Assembly: GCA_002269645.1 (NCBI GenBank)
Contig: NIVC01001277.1
Coordinates: forward strand, 124,001 to 188,000
Origin: Macrostomum lignano
Lineage: Eukaryota
Reading direction: 5' to 3'
DNA: 64,000 bases
Shown: piece after piece, positions 12,400 to 24,499 of the stretch
Numbering within the stretch: the stretch's first letter is position 1
Layout: the number at the start of each line of letters is the position of its first letter
Translations under genes and position numbers: made by a program
Notes under the pieces: model-generated
The model's input: only the letters and a program-made list of their open reading frames with translations
Databases searched by the model: none
Told to the model about the DNA's origin: nothing

Positions 12400-12735
12400 A
12401 TTGGTCAGGAGGACGTGCAAATTGGTCAGGAGGATGCAATAGTCGGTCAGGAAGGGACTGTAACATGTCAGGAGGACGTGCAAATTGGTCAGGAGGATGC
12501 AATAGTCGGTCAGGAAGGGACTGTAACATGTCAGGAGGACGTGCAAATTGGTCAGGAGGATGCAATAGTCGGTCAGGAAGGGACTGTAACATGTCAGGAG
12601 GACGTGCAAATTGGTCAGGAGGATGCAATAGTCGGTCAGGAAGGGACTGTAACATGTCAGGAGGACGTGCAAATTGGTCAGGAGGATGCAATAGTCGGTC
12701 AGGAAGGGACTGTAACATGTCAGGAGGACGCAAAA
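12400..12735. repeat. 63-bp minisatellite, ~5 copies
   Basis: GGTCAGGAGGACGTGCAAATTGGTCAGGAGGATGCAATAGTCGGTCAGGAAGGGACTGTAACATG-type unit with internal GGTCAGGA subunits. Confidence 0.95.
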
Positions 12736-12825
12736 ATAGTTCAGGCAGACAAGAAAGCAAGTCAGGGGCAAAAGAACACTTCAGAGAGGAAGTCACAGAT
12801 GTGCCTGAAGCAGGTGAAAACGCAC

Positions 12826-13608
12826 CGGATCATAGTTGGGGTCCAGAGTGTCCACCAGTTTGCGCAGGTGACCCTCGGACACCAGTCTGGCCCGAGCCTC
12901 GGCGCTGTGGCAGACGAAGGCGAGCAGGCGCGCGGCCAAGATCTGGTTGCAGTGCAGAGCGCAGGCGCGCATCCGGACGCTCGGCGCGCATTTCGTCCGG
13001 AAGTTCAGCGTCCGACTCTGCGCGGTCAGGCCGGATTGAATGACGGAGATGAGCAGGCCCGGCTCAGCCTGGCTCAGGCGGTCCAGCGCTGAGCCGCCGC
13101 CTGTCTCGGCAGCGCCAGACGGGCGCAGGGAGATCAGCGCCGTGGCCAGCGACGCCCGTCGGGCGGCCGCCGCTGACGTAGCGGAGCCGCCGCCGCTGCC
13201 ATCGCCGGTTGATGAAGCTTGATGATGAGACTGCGGAGTTGGTTGCTGCTGCTGCTGCTGTTGTTGCTGCTGTTGCTTAGCCAGAACGAGGCTGGAGAAC
13301 TGCCGCTGCTGAGTGTCGTCGGCAGCTTCGCTGTCCGCTGAGGCGGCTGCAGCCGCGTCCGCTACGAGGTCGCTGACGCCGTAGGAGAGCGACAGGTCAA
13401 CCAGACGATTGGCAAAAGCCAGAGCAGTGAATTGCAACGACTGATGGCTCACAGCGCCGCCCGCGCCCCCGCCGCTGCTGCCGCTAGCACCGCCTGAAGT
13501 TCCAGCACTGCTCTTCAGCAGGTCAAAGGCCGCCTCAAGAAGTCCGGCCAGACAGGAGTGAACTGAATCTTCTGCCTGCTGCGACTGCTGCAGCTCTGCC
13601 TCGCACGT
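12826..13608 (-). CDS. Exon: helical/ARM-like region with polyQ/polyA/G runs, ending SEGHLRKLVDTLDPNYDP
   Basis: 783-nt open frame; cccag| acceptor and CCG|GTGCGT donor, both phase 0. Confidence 0.75.
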
Positions 13609-13679
13609 CTGGGTGATGGAATGGGTATAATTATGGAATTAATGAGGTCTATTTAACTCTAATTACAGCAAAGTGAAAA

Positions 13680-14220
13680 AGATTCCAGTTTATTTAAACC
13701 AGATTCCAGTTTTTAAAAATCTAATTCCAATTTATTTAAATCTGACTCAAGTTTTTTTAAATCAAATTCCAGTTTATTTAAACAAGATTCCAGTTTATTT
13801 AAATCAGATTCCAGTTTTTAAAAATCAAATTCCAGTTTATTTAAATCAAATTCCAGTTTTTAAAAATCAAATTCCAGTTTATTTAAATCAAATTCCAGTT
13901 TATATTAACAAGATTCCAGTTTATTTAAATCAAATTCCAGTTTATTTAAATCCAATTCCAGTTTATTTAAACCAGATTCCAGTTTACTTAAATCAAAATC
14001 GAGTTTATTTAAACCAGATTACAGTTTATTTAAACCAGATTACAGTTTATTTAAATCAGATTACAGTTTATTTAAATCAGATTACAGTTTATTTAAATCA
14101 GATTGCAGTTTATTTAAACCGGATTGCAGTTTATTTAAATCTGATTCCAGTTTATTTAAACCAGATTCCAGTTTATTTAAACCAGATTCCAGTTTATTTA
14201 AACCAGATTCCAGTTTATTT
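13680..14220. repeat. 21-bp minisatellite
   Basis: Unit TTATTTAAA(T/C)CAGATTCCAGT. Confidence 0.95.
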
Positions 14221-14647
14221 GCACCATATTACCTCTAGCACTTTTTAATATGTTTTTAGTTTTCTACTACTAAATATTTCTGTACCAGACTAAACTTTAA
14301 AAGCCGAGCAGCGACTGCAGAACAGTAAACTAAAACTATCGAACGACATCTAAAAGTACGAATACAAAGTACTTAAAACGACCGGTGTCTCCCATGCGTG
14401 AAAAGCAAGAATCAATGTCACTTTCTTCTGCCAGCATTTCACCGCTTTGATGCCCTGTTGAGTGAAACGAGACCCGCAGCACGCCAGGACTCAGAATTTT
14501 GCTCAACCCTCTTCCCCGCTCTGCCTCTCTCCCTCTCCATCCAACTGTGCTCAGCCATTCTGCTCAGCTTTGAATTTTTTGAGACGCCCTGCCCGCGAAT
14601 GCGATGCGACAAGGCGAGTCGAGCCGGTCAGCAGATCCCCTCCCAAC

Positions 14648-14836
14648 CTGGATGCTCTGCTTTCTAACAAACCTGGCATTAATGTTGGACACAAAAATTG
14701 GAGGAAAAAGATTAATCAGCTCGTCATACCGTCCGGCCCCTGCCGCTGCTCCTGCTGCTGTCAGCGCAGCTGGGCCGTGAGTACAGCTTGTAATTATCTT
14801 GATTGGCGGAGAATATATGATACACTGCTCCCGTGT
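14648..14836 (-). CDS. Exon (TREQCIIYSPPIKII...YDELINLFPPIFVSNINARFVRKQSIQ)
   Basis: gtgcag| acceptor and CAG|GTTGGG donor; 189 nt, phase 0-0, fits its neighbours. Confidence 0.65.
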
Positions 14837-14884
14837 CTGCACTTTCGCAGGGAAAAATTGACTGTGATAAGGGGGGTAGCGCCC

Positions 14885-15480
14885 CACTGAATATCTAGGG
14901 TCGGGGGTAGCAGTGCCCTCCACTGAATATCTAGGGTCGGGGATAGCAGTGCCCTCCACTGAATATCTAGGGTCGGGGATAGCTGTGCCCTCCACTGAAT
15001 ATCTAGGGTCGGGGATAGCAGTGCCCTCCACTGAATATCTAGGGTCGGGGATAGCAGTGCCCTCCACTGAATATCTAGGGTCGAGGGTAGCAGTGCCCTC
15101 CACTGAATATCTAGGGTCGGGGGTAGCAGTGCCCTCCACTGAATATCTAGGGTCGGGGGTAGCAGTGCCCTCCACTGAATATCTAGGGTCGGGGGTAGCA
15201 GTGCCCTCCACTGAATATCTAGGGTCGGGGGTAGCAGTGCCCTCCACTGAATATCTAGGGTCGGGGGTAGCAGTGCCCTCCACTGAATATCTAGGGTCGG
15301 GGGTAGCAGTGTCCTCCACTGAATATCTAGGGTCGGGGGTAGCAGTGCCCTCCACTGAATATCTAGGGTCGGGGGTAGCAGTGCCCACTGAAAATCTAGG
15401 GGTGGGGGTAGCAGTGCCCACAGAACATCTATTGGTGGGGGTAGCAGTGTCCACAGAACATCTATGGGTGGGGGTAGCAG
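14885..15480. repeat. 36-bp minisatellite
   Basis: Unit GTGCCCTCCACTGAATATCTAGGGTCGGGGGTAGCA, degenerating at the right end. Confidence 0.95.
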
Positions 15481-16140
15481 CCTACATCATTCTGTAACCC
15501 CTGAGCTATCACCACAGAGCTCTAAGAACATAAATAAACGTTAAGCACTTTTAGTCAAGTATATTTAAGGACCCTCGACCAGATCAGCTGCCAATCAAGG
15601 CTAAGTTAATCATTTTGCAATACCCCAACGTACACCTCCCGCCGCGAGCTCGTGGATAAGGCGGCTCGTGAGGACAGGCTGGTCACGAGTGCAGCCTGAA
15701 TCTCCCCTTCTCCTCCCCTCTCGTTACAATTCAAGTCTCTTTCGCGTGGTCCAGACAGGGGAAGCATCTGACACACACACGCGCAGGCAAAGCAGCCAAA
15801 GAAACAGGTTGTGGCTACAATGTCTTCTCACAATGCTTCCCGGGCATCGGTCTAGGACTGAGAACAGTTAAAAGCACTGCAGCACCGCCTAAACAGGGAC
15901 AATCGCACTAATTAACAAGTTTTAGTTGAATAAACATAGCGTGCTTCTGCCGCAACTCAAGCGGACATTGCAGACGGAATTCTGCGAGACTCCTTGGCTG
16001 AGACTGTCAACAGAAATGAATCAGTGCGAATGGCTTGGCTCAGAGCTAAAGCGGATTTAGTTAAAGGGTTCTTTCAGCTTTGTAATATGACTAGATTAAG
16101 ATAGCTAATGTCGAGAGAACATTTTAATATCAAAATATTG

Positions 16141-16348
16141 CATCAGCAGCACATTAGCGACATGCTGTATACATCCGCAGCACATTAGCGACATGCTGTA
16201 TACACCCGCAGCACATTAGCGACATGCTGTATACATCCGCAGCACATTAGCGACATGCTGTATGCTTCAGCAGCACATTAGCGACATGCTGTATACATCC
16301 GCAGCACATTAGCGACATGCTGTATACATCAGCAGCACATCAGCGACA
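16141..16348. repeat. 31-bp minisatellite, ~6.5 copies
   Basis: Unit CATCCGCAGCACATTAGCGACATGCTGTATA. Confidence 0.95.
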
Positions 16349-16360
16349 TAACGTGCTCAC

Positions 16361-16554
16361 CTTCATTAAACTATGAAAGAAATTGCTCAACAATTTGTCC
16401 AGCCTCTGTTCCTCATCCAGGCCGCAGTTCTGCATCGAGCTGACGGCCTCGCCAACGAAAGCGCTCATGCCGCGGCAGACGCAGCGAAGATTGTCGCCGC
16501 CGCTGCTGGACATCTTCGTCAGCACGCCGATGCTTCGTTCAAGATCTTCCATGC
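16361..16554 (-). CDS. Exon (GMEDLERSIGVLTKM...DKLLSNFFHSLMK)
   Basis: ccgcag| acceptor (phase 1) and AAG|GTGAGC donor (phase 0). Confidence 0.7.
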
Positions 16555-16857
16555 CTGCGGTGGTTGAAGAAGTGTGTTGCTTTTGTTCTCAACAGAGTCT
16601 GGTCATTTCTGAGCACGGAGGGCAGGCGGGCAGGCTGGAGACAGGCATATAGGCCATATGGGGGCGGGCGACCGCCCAATCCGTACACGCGCTTCTAATA
16701 AATCCGAGCTTCGACCCGGTTGGCTGCTCAAATCCCTTCCTCAGCCTCCTCTCTTGCGGCAGTTACTTTGGCGTTTAAAAAGGGAAATCGCGATGAATTT
16801 TCGCCTCAGTGACCCGTTACGGAACAGCCAGGCTTTATTCATAAAGAACCACAGAAA

Positions 16858-19800
16858 TGGGGGAGGCTGGCCCAGCAACTGAGGATCTGAGAGGCTGGCC
16901 TAGCAACTGAGGATCTGGGAGGCTGGCCTAGCAACTGAGGATCTGGGAGGCTGGCCTAGCAACTGAGGATCTGGGAGGCTGGCCTAGCAACTGAGGGTCT
17001 GGGAGGCTGGCCCAGCAACTGAGGATCTGGGAGGCTGGCCCAGCAACTGACACTCTGGGAGACTGGCCTAGCAACTGAGGATCTGGGAGACTGGCCCAGC
17101 AACTGACACTCTGGGAGACTGGCCCAGCAACTGAGGATCTGGGAGGCTGGCCCAGCAACTGAGGATCTGGGAGGCTGGCTCAACAACTGAGGATCTGGGA
17201 GGCTGGCCCAGCAACTGAGGATCTGGGAGGCTGGCCTAGCAACTGAGGATCTGGGAGGCTGGCTCAACAACTGAGGATCTGGGAGGCTGGCTCAACAACT
17301 GAGGATCTGGGAGACTGGCCTAGCAACTGAGGATCTGGGAGACTGGCCTAGCAACTGAGGATCTGGGAGGCTGGCCCAGCAACTGAGGATCTGGGAGACT
17401 GGCCTAGCAACTGAGGATCTGGGAGGCTGGCCCAGCAACTCAGGATCTGGGAGGCTGGCCCAACAACTGAGGATCTGGGATGATGGCCCAGCAACTGAGG
17501 ATCTGGGAGACTGGCCTAGCAACTGAGGATCTGGGAGGCTGGCCTAGCAACTGAGAATCTGGGAGGCTGGCCTAGCAACTGAGGATCTGGGAGGCTGGCT
17601 CAACAACTGAGGATCTGGGAGACTGGCCTAGCAACTGAGGATCTGGGAGACTGGCCCAGCAACTGAGGATCTGGGAGGCTGGCCCAGCAACTGAGGATCT
17701 GGGAGACTGGCCTAGCAACTGAGGATCTGGGAGGCTGGCACAGCAACTGAGGATCTGGGAGGCTGGCCCAACAACTGAGGATCTGGGAGACTGGCCTAGC
17801 AACTGAGGATCTGGGAGGCTGGCCTAGCAACTGAGGATCTGGGAGGCTGGCACAGCAACTGAGGGTCTGGGAGGCTGGCCCAGCAACTGAGGATCTGGGA
17901 GACTAACCTAGCAGCTGAGGATCTGGGAGGCTGGCACAGCAACTGAGGATCTGGGAGACTGGCCTAGCAACTGAGGATCTGGGAGGCTGGCACAGCAACT
18001 GAGGATCTGGGAGACTGGCCTAGCAACTGAGGATCTGGGAGGCTGGCACAGCAACTGAGGATCTGGGAGACTGGCCCAGCAACTGAGGATCTGGGAGACT
18101 GGCCTAGCAACTGAGGATCTGGGAGACTGGCCTAGCAACTGAGGATCTGGGAGGCTGGCCCAACAACTGAGGATCTGGGAGACTGGCCTAGCAACTGAGG
18201 ATCTGGGAGGCTGGCCTAGCAACTGAGGATCTGGGAGGCTGGCACAGCAACTGAGGGTCTGGGAGGCTGGCCCAGCAACTGAGGATCTGGGAGACTAACC
18301 TAGCAGCTGAGGATCTGGGAGGCTGGCCCAGCAACTGAGGATCTGTGAGACTGGCCTAGCAACTGAGGATCTGGGAGGCTGGCCTAGCAACTGAGGATCT
18401 GGGAGACTGGCCCAGCAACTGAGGATCTGGGAGGCTGGCCCAGCAACTGAGGATCTGGGAGGCTGGCCTAGCAACTGAGGATCTGGGAGGCTGGCTCAAC
18501 AACTGAGGATCTGGGAGGCTGGCTCAACAACTGAGGATCTGGGAGACTGGCCTAGCAACTGAGGATCTGGGAGACTGGCCTAGCAACTGAGGATCTGGGA
18601 GGCTGGCCCAGCAACTGAGGATCTGGGAGACTGGCCTAGCAACTGAGGATCTGGGAGGCTGGCCCAGCAACTCAGGATCTGGGAGGCTGGCCCAACAACT
18701 GAGGATCTGGGATGATGGCCCAGCAACTGAGGATCTGGGAGACTGGCCTAGCAACTGAGGATCTGGGAGGCTGGCCTAGCAACTGAGAATCTGGGAGACT
18801 GGCCTAGCAACTGAGGATCTGGGAGGCTGGCTCAACAACTGAGGATCTGGGAGACTGGCCTAGCAACTGAGGATCTGGGAGACTGGCCCAGCAACTGAGG
18901 ATCTGGGAGGCTGGCCCAGCAACTGAGGATCTGGGAGGCTGGCCTAGCAACTGAGGATCTGGGAGGCTGGCTCAACAACTGAGGATCTGGGAGGCTGGCT
19001 CAACAACTGAGGATCTGGGAGACTGGCCTAGCAACTGAGGATCTGGGAGACTGGCCTAGCAACTGAGGATCTGGGAGGCTGGCCCAGCAACTGAGGATCT
19101 GGGAGACTGGCCTAGCAACTGAGGATCTGGGAGGCTGGCCCAGCAACTCAGGATCTGGGAGGCTGGCCCAACAACTGAGGATCTGGGATGATGGCCCAGC
19201 AACTGAGGATCTGGGAGACTGGCCTAGCAACTGAGGATCTGGGAGGCTGGCCTAGCAACTGAGAATCTGGGAGGCTGGCCTAGCAACTGAGGATCTGGGA
19301 GGCTGGCTCAACAACTGAGGATCTGGGAGACTGGCCTAGCAACTGAGGATCTGGGAGACTGGCCCAGCAACTGAGGATCTGGGAGGCTGGCCCAGCAACT
19401 GAGGATCTGGGAGACTGGCCTAGCAACTGAGGATCTGGGAGGCTGGCACAGCAACTGAGGATCTGGGAGGCTGGCCCAACAACTGAGGATCTGGGAGACT
19501 GGCCTAGCAACTGAGGATCTGGGAGGCTGGCCTAGCAACTGAGGATCTGGGAGGCTGGCACAGCAACTGAGGATCTGGGAGACTGGCCTAGCAACTGAGG
19601 ATCTGGGAGGCTGGCACAGCAACTGAGGATCTGGGAGACTGGCCCAGCAACTGAGGATCTGGGAGACTGGCCTAGCAACTGAGGATCTGGGAGACTGGCC
19701 TAGCAACTGAGGATCTGGGAGGCTGGCACAGCAACTGAGGGTCTGGGAGGCTGGCCCAGCAACTGAGGATCTGGGAGACTAACCTAGCAGCTGAGGATCT

Positions 19801-20030
19801 GGGAGGCTGGCCCAGCAACTGAGGATCTGTGAGACTGGCCTAGCAACTGAGGATCTGGGAGGCTGGCCTAGCAACTGAGGATCTGGGAGACTGGCCCAGC
19901 AACTGAGGATCTGGGAGACTGGCCTAGCAACTGAGGATCTGGGAGACTGGCCTAGCAACTGAGGATCTGGGAGGCTGGCACAGCAACTGAGGATCTGGGA
20001 GGCTGGCCCAGCAACTGAGGATCTGGGAGG
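16858..20030. repeat. 28-bp minisatellite, ~110 copies, with higher-order block duplications
   Basis: Unit GCAACTGAGGATCTGGGAG(G/A)CTGGCC(T/C)A. Confidence 0.98.
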
Positions 20031-20045
20031 GCGGCTGTGACTCAC

Positions 20046-20109
20046 CATTCACGTGCCCAGTCGCCAGCTGAGACGCAAAGCTGACAGTCGTGTTCGTGAC
20101 ATCCGATAT
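20046..20109 (-). CDS. Short exon (ISDVTNTTVSFASQLATGHVN)
   Basis: cttgcag| acceptor and AATG|GTGAGT donor (phase 1), matching the phase-1 acceptor at 16554. Confidence 0.65.
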
Positions 20110-20939
20110 CTGCAAGATTGTGCGTGATATTTTATGCTGACTACTATGAGTAGAAAAGCGACCAACACGTTTCGAGTCTTTAAATTGAATTTTTAAAGTA
20201 AAAATTTAAAATGCATTTGTACAATGCATTTCCTACTCAGATGGAAAACTGACTACAGTTTTGCAGAAATAAACAAAGCAGAAATGCACGGAAGAAGCCA
20301 CTGCGATGCTGGAGAAAGAGAACAAAGCAGCTCCTGTTGGCTTCGCCCGCTGAAACTGGTGCCGCCTGTCAGTTCTGTCAGCAGCTGGGCGCTCCGGATC
20401 GTGCCTTGGCTGTCACAGATTTGAAGTACTATAAATCACTCAAATAAATAAGCTGCGGCATCCTTCGGCTCTCTGCTCTCTCTCATCTCTTTATTCTCCC
20501 CATCTCTTCTCTCTCAGCGCTCCCAGCCGTTCCATTGACTAAAAGGCAGAGTACAAACTGATGACACTTGAATTCTGAGTTCAACAAAGCCCCGAAAGCG
20601 GCTCTTGCAGCAGAGGCGCCGGTAGCAGAGTTCCTTCCTGAAGCACACGTGTTTCAAGCAGCTGAAGCGCGGTCGGTTCTGACCGGCCTCTGCTCCCACC
20701 CTTCCCCAAATTTAGTTCAGCTTACTGTTGGCTAACTTTTAACTGACAGCTTTAAACAGTTTAATGAATAAAAGTTCAAATACAGCAAGCCTCTTCTGCT
20801 TGCCACATCGTTCTTGACTTGGATTAATTACCCTCGTAACCCATAAGCGGCTACGATCGTATCTAACTGCATGAATCAGTCGGTATATCTTTATTCGTCT
20901 CACTTGTATTTGCTTCGAATCTTCTCAATATTTGTTCTT

Positions 20940-21902
20940 CCCTATCTCACTGTCTCTCCTGACTCTCTCTCCTGACTCTCTCCCTCATTTTCTCCCCTCA
21001 CTCTCTTCCTGACTCTCTCCCCTGACTCTCTCCCCTGACTCTCTCTCCTGACTATCTTCCCTGACTCTCTCCCCTGACTCTCTCCCCTGACTCTCTCCCC
21101 TGACTTTCTCTCCTGACTCTCTCTCCTGACTATCTTCCCTGACTCTCTCCCCTGACTCTCTCCCCTGAAACTCTCCCCTGACTCTCCACTGACTCTCTCC
21201 CCTGACTCTCTCCTCTCACTTTCTCCCCTGACTCTCTCCCCTGACTCTCTCCCTTGACTTTCTTCCCTGACTCTCTCCTCATTCTCTCCCCTCACTCTCT
21301 TCCTGACTCTCTTCCCTGACTCTCTTCCCTGACTCTCTCCCCTGACTCTCTTCTCTCACTCCCTCACTCTCTTGAATCTCTTCCTCACTCTCTTGAATCT
21401 CTTCCTCACTTTCTTGAATCTCTTCCTCACTTTCTTGAATCTCTTCCTCACTTTCTTGAATCTCTCCCCTCACTTTCTACCCTCACTCTCTCCTTTGACT
21501 CTTTCCCTTGACTACCTCCCCAAACTCCCTCCCCTAACTCTCTCCCTTGAGTCTCTCCTCTGACTCTCCCCTCCACTTTCTCCCCTCAATTTTTCCCTTG
21601 ACCCTCCCCCCCCTGACTCTCTTGACTATAATTATAAGTAGATTTTTCTGTAAAAACGTGCGTAAATAACCCGACTCATGCCTCATCAATGCAGACTCCG
21701 AGTTCACTGCCATCATTTGTCTCCTGTTGATGCCTTGAGGCCGCAGAGCCCAGAATTCCTCGCTCTCTGGCTAATCGGGTAGCCGTCTGCCAACGGGACG
21801 GCCTTTGCTGTTGTTGCTGCTGGGACCTGCTTGGGGGGTTTTGTTTTGAAGTTTAAACTTTTAGCTGTGGTTTTTATAGCAGTCTAGATCCTTTTGAGAG
21901 TA

Positions 21903-21952
<50 letters not shown>

Positions 21953-22400
21953 GAGAGGATGAGAGCGGAGAAGATGAGAGCAGAGAGAAAGGATGAGAGC
22001 GGAGAGGATGAGAGCGGAGAAGATGAGAGCGGAGAAGATGAGAGCAGAGAGAAAGCATGAGAGCGGAGTGAGAGAGGATGAGAGCGGAGTGAGAGAGGAT
22101 GAGAGCGGAGAGAGAGAGGATGAGAGCGGAGTAAGAGATGATGAGAGCGGAGTGAGAGAGGATGAGAGCGGAGTGAGAGAGGATGAGAGCGGAGTGAGAG
22201 AGGATGAGAGCGGAGTGAGAGAGGATGAGAGCGGAGTGAGAGACGATGAGAGCGGAGAGAGAGAGGATGAGAGCGGAGTGAGAGAGGATGAGAGCGGAGA
22301 GAGAGAGGATGAGAGCGGAGTGAGAGAGGATGAGAGTGGAGTGAGAGAGGATGAGAGTGGAGTGAGAGAGGATGAGAGTGAAGAGAGAGGAGGGGGAGAG
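20940..22400. repeat. CT-rich (20940-21600) and GA-rich (21900-22400, 21-bp unit) low-complexity tracts
   Basis: CTCTCCCCTGA-type and GAGAGGATGAGAGCGGAGT-type units. Confidence 0.9.
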
Positions 22401-22639
22401 CGGAGGTGCTGTGCAATTGCTTTGTAGGTATGTACATCTGCTATGTACATCGGTTTTCCGATATTGATTAGTCGCCGTCTAAAGTATAAATATACCCAGT
22501 GGGAAGGCCAACGTGATCTAAAGGTCGTGTGTACCCCAAAACCAGTCTGATTTTCTCAATACAACAAGAGGCAGAGTGATGCGTAAAAGCATTTCGGGAC
22601 AGAAACAAAGGCAAATTGCAATGCCCAAAGCCTACGTAC

Positions 22640-23737
22640 CTTGGTGCCTGCAGCTGCACTGACTGACAGCTCGTTGACGACTCGTCCCGTCCCGACGGCC
22701 GCCTTCGCCTCCGTGGAGACCGCGACGCTGCCGTGGACGCGCCAAGCCGCAGCGCCAGTTGGATCAGCATCCGGGACTCGCGCCTCATCAGGCCGCCAGA
22801 GTCCAGCTGATCCGCAGTGGCTCCCAGGGCGTTCCGCACTGCGCCGAAGCCTCCGTAGGCGGCGCCGGCCTCGAGAAGGTGCCGAAGGACGCTCAGCGAG
22901 GCCGGCCTGTCCTCGTTTGACGACGTGACCGCAGCGGCCACGGCGAGATGCAGCGGCGAGTTGCCGAGGCACGGCTCCACGCAGTCTGGCCGGGCTCCGT
23001 GCGACAGCAGGATCGCCACCAGGGCCGGGCGGCGCAGCGCCGTGGCCAGCAGCAGCGGCGGAGCTTCAGCCAGCGCTGACGACTGGAAGGCGGCCGAGAG
23101 AGCCAGGCGGGCAGTGAAGGAGCAGCAGCCGCCGCTGCCGTCTTCTCCAGCCTGCTGGATCAGCCATCTCCGAATCCAGTTGGCGTCGGGCTTGGCTCTG
23201 CTGTGCGGCTCAGGCGGCTCGGCGCGCTGCGGCACCAGCCAGTCGGCCAGGGCGGCCCAGGCGCTCGGATCGACCAGCGGGCCCGGCCGGTTCGGCTCGA
23301 ACAGCCCGGCGTTGCCGCCGAACCTCAACAGGGCGCGCAGGCAGTCCTCGGAGTTGCTCAACACCGCGGCGTGCAGACAGCGGCGCAGTCGGCTGGAGTT
23401 CTCGTCCAGCTCCGAGGCGCTGGCGCTAGCGACGATCCCGGAGCTGGAAGATACGACGCGCCACCAACGACGGAGGAGGCGGCGTAGAGTGTCGGAGTCG
23501 CGGCTGTTGATGGCGCGTTCGAGGCTGGCGATGTCGCTGGACGGGATGGCGGCGGAGGGAGGCGACGATGCGGCCGAAGGTGTCGCCGAGTGGCTTCGGT
23601 GGTGAACTGAGATCGGGCCCGAGACGGCCTCAGGCATGGACAGTGCGCTGCTGGAGAGTCTGGGCTGCTGACTGTCGGAGTTGCCGGCTAGGGGGTGAGG
23701 CTGCAGTAACTGCGGCTGCTTCGACATCGTTGAAGAC
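22640..23737 (-). CDS. Exon: ankyrin-repeat region
   Basis: ORF 22468..23727: CLHAAVLSNSEDCLRALLRFGGN, PPLLLATALRRPALVAILLSHGARPD, GNSPLHLAV. Donor CCAAG|GTACGT; acceptor ccgcag| (phase 2). Confidence 0.8.
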
Positions 23738-23749
23738 CTGCGGCTGCTT

Positions 23750-24160
23750 GGTGAGGGGGTCAGGGGTGACTGGTGAGGGCGGTCATGAGGGGGGTCAGGA
23801 GTAGCTGCTGATGCCTGTTGAGGGGGTCAGGGGTGACTGGTGAGGGGGGTCATGAGGGGGGTCACGGGTGGCTGCTGATGCCTGGTGAGGGGTCATGAGG
23901 GGATCAGGGGTGGCCGCTGATGCTTAGTGGAGGGGGTCAAGAGGGGGTCAGGGGTGGCCGCTGATGCTTGGTGGAGGGGGTCAAGAGGGGATCAGGGGTG
24001 GCCGCTGATGCTTAGTGGAGGGGGTCAAGAGGGGGTCAGGGGTGGCCGCTGATGCTTGGTGGAGGGGGTCAAGAGGGGATCAGGGGTGGCCGCTGATGCT
24101 TAGTGGAGGGGGTCAAAAGGGGGTCAGGGGTGGCTGCTGATGCCTGGTAAGGGGGGTCAC
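23750..24160. repeat. 44-bp G-run-rich minisatellite
   Basis: Unit TCAGGGGTGGCCGCTGATGCTTGGTGGAGGGGGTCAAGAGGGG-type. Confidence 0.9.
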
Positions 24161-24499
24161 CATTATACACTCGTATCATAAAATTTCAGAATTGTGTTGT
24201 GTGTGGGGGAACTCTAAGGGGAATAATATTTTCTTGTATTCCTTTCTTTGTCAGCAGCTTGCCAATTGTATTGTGAAAAAAATGACAAGAGAGGCTGAAT
24301 AAGTGCAGGCGCAGTCATGGCTGCTCGCTAAAAATACAAAGAAAGAACGCAGGTGTGAGAGCCACTGCTAGAGAGGGACTTGTTCTAGAGCTTCCTGGAT
24401 TTGCACTTTCAAATTATCGGAAATCTGGGATAGACGGAAATAGACGGATTAAGAGCAGATAGTGGCGAGAGGGGTGCTGTGAGGGCAAAGAGAAGGAAA

